Assembly (NCBI GenBank): GCA_964637165.1
Contig: CAZWVI010000005.1
Span: 70,322-134,321, forward strand
Length of the DNA stretch: 64,000 nt
Reading direction: 5' to 3'
From: an uncultured Planctomycetales bacterium
Lineage (GTDB): Bacteria > Planctomycetota > UBA1135
The notes below the pieces were generated by a model. The model made no database searches. It saw nothing but the letters and a program-made list of their open reading frames with translations, and had not been told where the DNA came from. Of the stretch, positions 46,418 to 53,903 are shown piece after piece. Both the position numbers and the translations under genes were made by a program. Position 1 is the first letter of the stretch. Every line of letters begins with the position of its first letter.

Positions 46418-46798
46418 ATGCTCCAACGTGTACTCTGGATTGCCGTTGCCGGTTCAGCCGGCGCTCTAGCTAGATATTTCGTATCTGGAATTGGGGCAAA
46501 ATACTCAGTCGGTGGCCTACCGCTCGGAACTTTGAGCGTTAATTTAATAGGGTGCTTTTGCTTCGGCCTAGTGTGGTCAGTAGCCGAACAAAAAGAAGTC
46601 CTGAGCTCGGAGGCTAGGTTGATTTTGTTGGTCGGCTTCCTCGGCGCCTTCACGACCTTTTCGACATTCGGATTTGAAACCCTGCAATTATGGCGCGACG
46701 CCAAGCCGGGACTAGCGCTGGCAAATGTGGTAATACAGAATTTGGGAGGCGTGTTGGCGGCCTACGCCGGGATGAGAACCCTTGGGACACTGACCTAA
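46418..46798 (+). CDS. crcB: Fluoride ion channel CrcB/FluC
   Basis: 126 aa, 4 TM. GALARY, GTLSVNLIGCFCFG and LGAFTTFSTF motifs. Confidence 0.9.
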   Translation: MLQRVLWIAVAGSAGALARYFVSGIGAKYSVGGLPLGTLSVNLIGCFCFGLVWSVAEQKEVLSSEARLILLVGFLGAFTTFSTFGFETLQLWRDAKPGLALANVVIQNLGGVLAAYAGMRTLGTLT

Positions 46799-46812
46799 TC
46801 GGCTGGGTCACT
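46785..46812. repeat. TGACC-N10-GGTCA element, copy 5
   Basis: GGACACTGACCTAATCGGCTGGGTCACT is identical to 17552-17579. It overlaps the last four codons and the TAA stop of crcB. Confidence 0.85.
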
Positions 46813-46849
46813 TAGACCCTTTGTCGCCCGCAAATCATTTTTCAGATTT

Positions 46850-47383
46850 TTAGTTTAGGCCGCGCTTTCCGTCTTTCTTTCTCCTCTCATTTAGCCCTGC
46901 CAATGCTGCTGGTTCTTTCCCTATGAACTTTACAAATTGGGAAGTGCTTATTTTTAAGGCTATCGCAGCCTGGCTGGGGTCGTCGTTTTGGGCTTCCAAC
47001 ACATCTAGAGCCTCGGCTAGTAGGCTTGGAAAATCGCGGTGTTGGTTGTTGCACTGAATTTTTGTCCCCTTCAATCTGCCTAACCACAAGTCAGATGGTT
47101 GGTATTCACTGGCCGGCCCGCAGTCTTGATCGTCCAGTGGCGGTCGCCAACGTAGCGCCAAATTAATCCGCAGGCGAAATAATGCCACGCGCATATTGTC
47201 CTTGGCACTACGCCGTTCTCCAGCCGCCCCGCGGATTCCACTTGGCCGATGAGTGAGCCGCACTTCGGTCGCCACTCGGTTTCGATGCTGCCCTCCCGGA
47301 CCAGATCCGCGCGTCCGCTCTAACCCGACATCCTTTTGCAGCTCTTCTTCCTCAAGCCTGGCCGGATGTGCGCGCGCTCGCAA
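46850..47383 (-). CDS. RF-1-domain (GGQ) peptidyl-tRNA hydrolase-like protein, ArfB-related with atypical C-terminal domain
   Basis: GGQ loop RGSGPGGQHRNRVATEVRL followed by ERRSAKDNMRVALFRLR. The about 90-aa C-terminal region is unlike the short basic ArfB tail but ends basic (NERRKKDGKRGLN). TTG start 1 nt after the upstream stop. Confidence 0.7.
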   Translation of the reverse strand: MRARAHPARLEEEELQKDVGLERTRGSGPGGQHRNRVATEVRLTHRPSGIRGAAGERRSAKDNMRVALFRLRINLALRWRPPLDDQDCGPASEYQPSDLWLGRLKGTKIQCNNQHRDFPSLLAEALDVLEAQNDDPSQAAIALKISTSQFVKFIGKEPAALAGLNERRKKDGKRGLN

Positions 47384-47384
47384 A

Positions 47385-48974
47385 TTATTTCTTTAGTTGT
47401 GGGCTAACCATAACTTCAGCACCTTCAGGTGGAAGCATCCCATTAAAATCTTCAAGCTTAATTCGTACTGCCGGTTTGTTCTCGGGAGAGCCAAGTTCGA
47501 GCACCACACCACCCGCTGAAAATTCAACTCCAACACCAGTGATGTCTACCGGCATTCCAGTTTTAATCCGCTCCAAAGATTTTGGATAAGCAATAACTTC
47601 GGGCGCCAAGTCGGTCCGACGAATGGCCATCAGCGGTTGCCCCTTCCCGACTTCCTGCCCATTCGTCACACGAATCGATGTGACCAACCCCGGCACTTGG
47701 GCGTTTACTAAAACAATGGCATCATTTCGCGCTTGTTGCTCCGACTTCACTAGGTCAGCAATTTGCCCATCAATTACTTGTTGCTCATTCTGAAAACTAG
47801 CGTTGATGATGGCCAGTTGTTGCTTTTGACCAGCGGCAACACGTTCCTCGACAGCTGCTATTTCATTGACAAGCTGGTCTATCTCTTCAGCAAGCTGTGA
47901 AATTAATCCATTCTGTTTATTAATTTGATTTTGCAGTTCGAGCATAGGTCTCCGATAGGTAGAGGCTGCTCCAGGGTTGTTGTCGATATAGGTTTGGTAC
48001 TGCACGATGCCAGAATTGAGATCTGGCAGACCCGCGTTCAACAAACTTTGTTCAATTTCAAGTTTGGCAATGGCCTTAGTTAATGCATCCACTTCAACTT
48101 CCGCCTGAGTGCTCAACTTCGCACTCGCTTCGGTCGCATGAAAACTGTTCCGTTGGTGTTCAGCAATTAAATCACTTAATTCACCTTCGATAACTTCGCG
48201 CTGCGATTTAAATTGTTCCGCCTTTGAGATTAACTGCGGATTGCGCAATTTCAACAACGGCATTCCTGCTGAAATTGTTTGGCCTTCTGTCGCGAGCACT
48301 TCGGCAACTGAGCCGGCGCTTGGCATTGCCATCACCAAATGTTGATAACGAATATTTCCGCCCACAACTAATTGAGATGATTTTTCAGAATCCTTTTTGC
48401 CGGTTGGTTCACTCGGTGCTGGCTCTTTAACTTCAGGACTCGGCTTAAGTTGTTCGCCGTTAGCCGCAATCGGCGGCAATTTAGCTTTCTTTTTCCAGTC
48501 AATACCATGTGGTGAAGATTGATTTTTGCGCAAATACCAGCCCGCCCCAACAATCAAAGCCGCCGCTGCAGAGAGTGCCGCAATCCGCACCAATCGCTGT
48601 TTTAACGGCGAGTCCATATTGCCTGAGGCCAACTTCAGCAGTGCTTTTTGAAGTAGCTCAACTTCTCCGGCAACACAGATATCGGCTAGCTTGCAATGAC
48701 CTTCACCGACCGCGCCAACCATTATGTCTGGGCTCGTCTCGCGAAGTTCGCCTAGCACTTGATTGGCCGCATCTGGATCTTGCAGCGAAACAAACACCAC
48801 GCCACCTTTTGGTATTCCCCCGCTGGAAGAATCCGCCGAAGGTGAAAGGTTTAATGCGTCTTGCAAAAGCAGTAGAAAGCGGCGGTCTTCCGCGGGCCAG
48901 GCATAGACCGAGGTCCCATCTGGCGCGACATATTTTCGCCCTAAGAGGATGCTGTTCGAGGGGAAGGAGTTCAT
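47385..48974 (-). CDS. Membrane-fusion (HlyD-like) protein with about 130-aa cytoplasmic N-terminal domain
   Basis: One TM (RIAALSAAAALIVGAGWYL). Biotinyl/lipoyl-like half-barrels flank a long coiled coil, with a C-terminal beta-barrel. The N-terminal domain has receiver-like alternation (VVFVSLQDPDAANQVLGELRETSPDIMVGAVG). Confidence 0.6.
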   Translation of the reverse strand: MNSFPSNSILLGRKYVAPDGTSVYAWPAEDRRFLLLLQDALNLSPSADSSSGGIPKGGVVFVSLQDPDAANQVLGELRETSPDIMVGAVGEGHCKLADICVAGEVELLQKALLKLASGNMDSPLKQRLVRIAALSAAAALIVGAGWYLRKNQSSPHGIDWKKKAKLPPIAANGEQLKPSPEVKEPAPSEPTGKKDSEKSSQLVVGGNIRYQHLVMAMPSAGSVAEVLATEGQTISAGMPLLKLRNPQLISKAEQFKSQREVIEGELSDLIAEHQRNSFHATEASAKLSTQAEVEVDALTKAIAKLEIEQSLLNAGLPDLNSGIVQYQTYIDNNPGAASTYRRPMLELQNQINKQNGLISQLAEEIDQLVNEIAAVEERVAAGQKQQLAIINASFQNEQQVIDGQIADLVKSEQQARNDAIVLVNAQVPGLVTSIRVTNGQEVGKGQPLMAIRRTDLAPEVIAYPKSLERIKTGMPVDITGVGVEFSAGGVVLELGSPENKPAVRIKLEDFNGMLPPEGAEVMVSPQLKK

Positions 48975-49063
48975 CCGATATTAATCATAGAATCACCGCA
49001 TTCTCAATTCCAGTAAATCAGCAAAAGACCCGCTAGTTAGCACCAAACAGCTTCCCTGGAAAG

Positions 49064-49092
49064 CAAAAAAAAGACCCGCCGCCGAAGCGACA
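49064..49092 (-). terminator. Intrinsic terminator after the hemolysin-III family gene
   Basis: The minus strand reads GTCGC-TTCG-GCGGC (5-bp stem with one G-U pair and a UUCG loop), followed by GGGTCTTTTTTTTGC. Confidence 0.5.
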
Positions 49093-49148
49093 GGCCCATC
49101 TAATTCCATGCCTGAAATTATTTCTTCTTATGCCTCCAAAGGTAATAC

Positions 49149-49880
49149 TCAGCTAGCGTAGCCAAGCATGACCATGAAATGACAAGCACTGCCCGCCAGC
49201 ACGAAAAAGTGCCACAATTCATGGTGCCCCAGCCACCCGGGGATTAGGTTCGGCCGTTTGAATGCAAAGAACATCGAGCCGACTAGGTAGAACTTTCCAC
49301 CGAGCGCCAACCAGTAGGCGCCAGTCGCAGGAATCTCGGCCAAGAACGGATAGATGATGAAGTAGGCGATCACCACCATCATTTGGAAGGAAAGCACCGA
49401 AACCCAACGCGGCGCGTCCAGCCAAAACAGTTTCATGCCAACCCCGGCGACGGCCATCAGCCAAATTATTCCGAGCGATTGCATTCCGGCCTCGGGCCGA
49501 CTATTTAGTAAGCAAATGGGGGTAAAGGCACCGGCGATGAATAGGAAGATGGCGGCGTGGTCCATGCGCGTAAGTTGTCGCTCCATCCACTTTTCCAAGC
49601 GCAGGCCATGTAGGGCCGCACTTAGGGCGTATTGCAGCATCATGGTGCTCATGAATACCGAAAAGGCCACAATTTTGCGCAAATCTCCATCCGACAAATT
49701 AATTAGCCAAATTAATCCAGCCGCCCCAGCGAAAAACCCGAAAGCGTGGCTTAGGGTGTTCACCGGCTCCGTAATTGCACGTAAAATATGAGCTTTAGCC
49801 GGCCGGGTTGAATCCTGGCGAATTTCTGAATTTACTTGTGGGGCTGGCATCTGCATTAAACTTACCCTAGGAAGACGCAA
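49149..49880 (-). CDS. Hemolysin III / PAQR family channel protein
   Basis: 7 TM. Motifs NTLSHAFGFFAG, DHAAIFLFIAGAFTP and HELWHFFVLAGSACHF. Confidence 0.85.
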   Translation of the reverse strand: MRLPRVSLMQMPAPQVNSEIRQDSTRPAKAHILRAITEPVNTLSHAFGFFAGAAGLIWLINLSDGDLRKIVAFSVFMSTMMLQYALSAALHGLRLEKWMERQLTRMDHAAIFLFIAGAFTPICLLNSRPEAGMQSLGIIWLMAVAGVGMKLFWLDAPRWVSVLSFQMMVVIAYFIIYPFLAEIPATGAYWLALGGKFYLVGSMFFAFKRPNLIPGWLGHHELWHFFVLAGSACHFMVMLGYAS

Positions 49881-49919
49881 TTAGGCGGAAAAAGTTGCCT
49901 ATTTCGTTATCCTAAAAGC

Positions 49920-51608
49920 ATGACTGAACACGATTGGCATTCGCAATACGATGAAGGTGTCCCCGGAGAAGTTGATTTCCAGGACATTACCCTGATAGCA
50001 AGCCTCGACCGCTCGGCCGATCGCTTTCCAGATCGCCCGGCGGTTAAATTTATGAACGCGACTTTGAGCTACAAGCAGTTGCGTGATAAGGTCGATCGCT
50101 TAGCTACGGCACTCCACGAAATGGGAGTAAAAAAAGGCACCAGCGTTGCTGTGCATTTGCCTAACCTCCCGCAGACGGTTATTTCATTTTTCGCGATCCA
50201 ACGCCTCGGCGCGGCCGCAGTAATGACCAACCCGTTGTATGTCCCGCGTGAAATCAAACATCAATGGCACGACGCCAATGTTGAAATTGCCATCACCGCC
50301 GACTTCTTGTGGGATCGCCATTTAAAAGGCATGCGTGATGACTTGCCGGTTCGTGAGTACATCATTGCAACGATTCCTGGTTACTTAAAGTTCCCGCTCA
50401 ATTTGTTGGCGCCGCTTAAGTTGAAGAAGATGGACCCACCATCATGGGCCAAGGTCAAACTTGAACCGGGTTTGCATTTTTTCCGCCAGTTGGTTGATGC
50501 AACTCCTCCGCGTCCACCGAAAGTTGAATGCCGCATGGACGATGTCGCCGCTCTTCAATACACCGGTGGAACCACTGGAGTTAGTAAGGGTGCCGAGTTA
50601 ACCATCGGTAATATTTCTTACAACATGCAACAGGTGCGAGCTTGGTTCTCGGACGTGCAAGAAGGCGAGGAAGTTCTGTTGGCGTGTTTGCCATACTTCC
50701 ACATCTTTGGTTTAACAGTTTGTATGAACTGGCCAATTTCGGCAGGCGCTTGCGTGGTGTTAATGCCAAACCCGCGCGATATCCCAACGATGGTCAAGAA
50801 CATCACTAAGCAAAAAGTGACTTTGTTCCCGGCGGTGCCTGCATTGTTCAACGCCGTAAACCAATTCGATGGAATTGAAAACCAAGATTTGTCTTCGGTC
50901 AAGTACTGCTTCTCAGGTTCTGCACCATTGCCCGAAGACGTGCAACGCCGTTTTGAAAGCATGACCGGCGCAGTAATTGTTGAAGGATTTGGATTAACCG
51001 AAACTTCGCCGGTGCTTACTTGTAACCCGCTCAAGGGTACGCGCAAGATTGGCCATATTGGAATTCCAGTTTCGAGTACCAATGTGAAAATTGTTGATCC
51101 AGAAGATGGCATTACTGAAATGCCACGTGGCACCGAAGGCGAATTAATTGCTAGTGGGCCGCAAATCATGAAGGGTTACTTGAACATGCCAGATGAAACC
51201 GCCAACATGATTCGCAACGGATGGATTTACACCGGCGACTTAGCGGTGATGGATGACGACGGTTACATACGCATTTGCGGCCGCAAAAAGGACATGATTA
51301 TTGCCGGCGGCTACAACATCTTCCCTGATGAAATCGACCGCATACTTACCGATCACCCGGCAGTATTCGAAGCGTGCACGATTGGAATTCCCGACCAGAA
51401 GCGCGGCGAGACTGTGAAGTCCTTTGTCGTTTTTGAACCTGAGGCCTCGGCCACCGAAGAGGAACTCGATGCTTGGTGCCGCGAACGCTTAACTTCGTAC
51501 AAGATTCCGCGCAGTTGGGAGTTCCGTGATGACTTACCGAAGTCATCAATGATGAAATTGTTGCGCCGAGTTCTGCGCGACGAAGAAATCGCTAAGCAGG
51601 CTAAGTAA
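49920..51608 (+). CDS. fadD: Long-chain fatty acid-CoA ligase
   Basis: AMP-binding motifs YTGGTTGVSKG, EGFGLTETSP, YTGDLAVMDDDGY, GRKKDMII and GYNIFPDEID. Confidence 0.9.
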   Translation: MTEHDWHSQYDEGVPGEVDFQDITLIASLDRSADRFPDRPAVKFMNATLSYKQLRDKVDRLATALHEMGVKKGTSVAVHLPNLPQTVISFFAIQRLGAAAVMTNPLYVPREIKHQWHDANVEIAITADFLWDRHLKGMRDDLPVREYIIATIPGYLKFPLNLLAPLKLKKMDPPSWAKVKLEPGLHFFRQLVDATPPRPPKVECRMDDVAALQYTGGTTGVSKGAELTIGNISYNMQQVRAWFSDVQEGEEVLLACLPYFHIFGLTVCMNWPISAGACVVLMPNPRDIPTMVKNITKQKVTLFPAVPALFNAVNQFDGIENQDLSSVKYCFSGSAPLPEDVQRRFESMTGAVIVEGFGLTETSPVLTCNPLKGTRKIGHIGIPVSSTNVKIVDPEDGITEMPRGTEGELIASGPQIMKGYLNMPDETANMIRNGWIYTGDLAVMDDDGYIRICGRKKDMIIAGGYNIFPDEIDRILTDHPAVFEACTIGIPDQKRGETVKSFVVFEPEASATEEELDAWCRERLTSYKIPRSWEFRDDLPKSSMMKLLRRVLRDEEIAKQAK

Positions 51609-51622
51609 AGGTAGCCTAGTAA

Positions 51623-52255
51623 TTGAAGTTCGCCGCCAAGCTTGAACCGTTTTTTCCGCAATCAACGCGGGATAAGCACTCGGGGATAATGGCGGCGGCG
51701 GTTGAAGTTTTTGGTCGGCGCGGATTTCAACGTGCTTCGATGGCCGAAATCGCCCGTGCCGCGGGAGTCGCGACGGGCAGTATTTACAATTATTTTCGGG
51801 GCAAGGATCACCTGATAACTGAGGTGTTTAACCAATACATGGAAAAGTATTTGGCTATTCAACGCCACGCTTTGGCCAATGAAACTCCGGGAGCAAACCA
51901 GTTGGCCGGTCTTTGCACGCGCCACTTTGAAGTGTTTGCTCATGACCGACAACTTGCGCGAGTTTTTCATGTGCACTGGCGTGAAGCACAAGCGGTAGTG
52001 CGTGATGAATTGCGTCCATCGCTACGCAGCTATTTTGAATTAATCACCAACGTTTTACAGCAAGGAATTTACTGCGGAGATTATTCGCGCGATTTAGATT
52101 TACGCTTGGCTAGTAAAATAATTGTCGGGAGCTTGGACGAAGTTGTAACAACTTGGGTGTTGTCCGAACAGGAATATGATCTCAATGGTCAAGCGAAGAT
52201 GTTTGGCAACTTGATGACCCAAACATTTCGCACCAAGACTCAGAGCGGAGTTTAG
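51623..52255 (+). CDS. TetR/AcrR-family transcriptional regulator
   Basis: N-terminal HTH AAVEVFGRRGFQRASMAEIARAAGVATGSIYNYF. TTG start in the ORF track; the alternative ATG 51689 would clip helix 1. Confidence 0.8.
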   Translation: MKFAAKLEPFFPQSTRDKHSGIMAAAVEVFGRRGFQRASMAEIARAAGVATGSIYNYFRGKDHLITEVFNQYMEKYLAIQRHALANETPGANQLAGLCTRHFEVFAHDRQLARVFHVHWREAQAVVRDELRPSLRSYFELITNVLQQGIYCGDYSRDLDLRLASKIIVGSLDEVVTTWVLSEQEYDLNGQAKMFGNLMTQTFRTKTQSGV

Positions 52256-52264
52256 GATAGGGGC

Positions 52265-53134
52265 ATGAGCCTCAACTTACCTGACCTTTCTGGCAAAACT
52301 GCCATCGTTACCGGAGCATCTCGCGGGATTGGCAAAGCACTTGCCATCGCATTGGGAAAACAGGGTTGCGCAGTTATTTGCGCGGCTAAATCTGAAACTG
52401 AACGCGAAAATTTGCCGGGCACCATTCACATGACTGCCGAGGAAATCACCAAGGCAGGTGGTCGCGCGCTTGGCTTTCGTTGCAATGTGCGCAAGGAAGA
52501 TGAGGTCGAGGCGATGGTGCAGAAGGCGATTGAAGAATACGGAAGTATTGACATCGTGGTAAATAACGCCGGCGCGCTTTGGTGGAAGGGAGTGACAGAC
52601 ACTCCACTTAAACGCTTCGATTTATTGCTCGACGTGAATTTGCGTGGACCGTACTTACTGGCTCATTTGGCTATTCAGGAAATGATCAAGCAGGGCAAAG
52701 GAGGGCACATTGTCAATTTGGCGCCGCCGGTTGATGTGCGCCAGTTGCCAGCAAAAACACCATACCTGATTTCTAAATTTGGCATGACGATGCTGACCAA
52801 CGGCCTGGCCGGTGAATTGGCTGAACACAAGATCGCTGCCTTCAACTTGTGGCCAGCCACCGCGATTGAATCGCAAGCAACAATTAATCACCAACTAGGA
52901 AAGCGCGAAAATTGGCGTAGCCCCGCGATTTTGTGTGATGCGATGTTGAGTGCAATCGGACAACCATTCGAAAAAGTAACCGGCAAAGATTTAATTGACG
53001 AAGATTGGTTAGCCGAATGCGGAGTCGCTGATTGTGATATTTATAACTGTGTTGAGGGTGGTGTGCCGCTTTACATTCATGGTCCCAAGGCAATCATGCA
53101 GTGGAAGGACCGGACCGGTTCAATCCAAGGTTAA
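52265..53134 (+). CDS. SDR-family oxidoreductase (HSDL2-like)
   Basis: TGASRGIGKA, NNAG, and catalytic YLISK. Confidence 0.85.
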   Translation: MSLNLPDLSGKTAIVTGASRGIGKALAIALGKQGCAVICAAKSETERENLPGTIHMTAEEITKAGGRALGFRCNVRKEDEVEAMVQKAIEEYGSIDIVVNNAGALWWKGVTDTPLKRFDLLLDVNLRGPYLLAHLAIQEMIKQGKGGHIVNLAPPVDVRQLPAKTPYLISKFGMTMLTNGLAGELAEHKIAAFNLWPATAIESQATINHQLGKRENWRSPAILCDAMLSAIGQPFEKVTGKDLIDEDWLAECGVADCDIYNCVEGGVPLYIHGPKAIMQWKDRTGSIQG

Positions 53135-53865
53135 GCTTCGGGTAAATACTTCAGAAAAACTTCGCGTACGTCCGCGATGTGTTTTTCTAGAGTTTCGCGT
53201 TCCCAGTTAGAAGTCTCAATTGCTTCTAAGTAATTAACTTTAATGGTGCCGGAGCGGGCCAACCATGAACCATCAGGGATAAGTTTTTCAATCCCTTGGA
53301 AAACAACTGGCACGATTGGCAATTTAGTTTCCAAAGCTAAGTGGAAAGGTCCCTTTTTGAAGGGCAGTAGTCGCCCATGTTTGGAGCGAGTGCCTTCTGG
53401 AGAAACATAAACTCCTAGACCTTCGTCGCGCACTCGCGCAGCCGCTTGGTGCAAACTTTCAGTTGCCGCTTCACGATCGCTACGGTCAATTGGAATCATC
53501 CGCATCGCCCGCAAGGAGTGCCCAATTAGCGGATAACGGTGAAATTCCTTTTTGTAAAGGATTACCGAGTTGCCCGCCCAAGTAGATAACAGTAGTGCTA
53601 GGTCAAGCACGCTTACATGATTAAACATAATCAAGGCCGGTCCCTGGACGCGCCCACTTTTTTCTAAGCGAATGCCGAGCAAGCGCAAAATAACCGTTCC
53701 CCAAGTGCGGATAATCGAATCCTGTCTTGCGGCGAACGAGCGTGGTGCAAGAGTTGCGTAAAGGGCGGCATACCCTGCATATGGCAGCGCCCAAAGAAGG
53801 GCCAAAGGCAGGACTAAAAGTCCGCGCAAAGGGAATGCTGGGCGTGGGGGAGTCTCCGGGGCCAT
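53131..53865 (-). CDS. plsC: 1-acyl-sn-glycerol-3-phosphate acyltransferase
   Basis: Acyltransferase motifs NHVSVLD (HX4D), FHRYPLIG and SPEGTRS. Its 3-prime end overlaps the convergent SDR gene by 4 nt. Confidence 0.85.
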   Translation of the reverse strand: MAPETPPRPAFPLRGLLVLPLALLWALPYAGYAALYATLAPRSFAARQDSIIRTWGTVILRLLGIRLEKSGRVQGPALIMFNHVSVLDLALLLSTWAGNSVILYKKEFHRYPLIGHSLRAMRMIPIDRSDREAATESLHQAAARVRDEGLGVYVSPEGTRSKHGRLLPFKKGPFHLALETKLPIVPVVFQGIEKLIPDGSWLARSGTIKVNYLEAIETSNWERETLEKHIADVREVFLKYLPEA

Positions 53866-53876
53866 CGCCCTAGATT

Positions 53877-53900
53877 ATGACCCAGCGGATGGGGTCAGCG
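53877..53900. repeat. TGACC-N10-GGTCA element, copy 6 (most diverged)
   Basis: ATGACCCAGCGGATGGGGTCAGCG lies 12-35 nt upstream of the plsC ATG (minus strand) and directly after the HAF-protein stop. Confidence 0.7.
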
Positions 53901-53903
53901 TTC

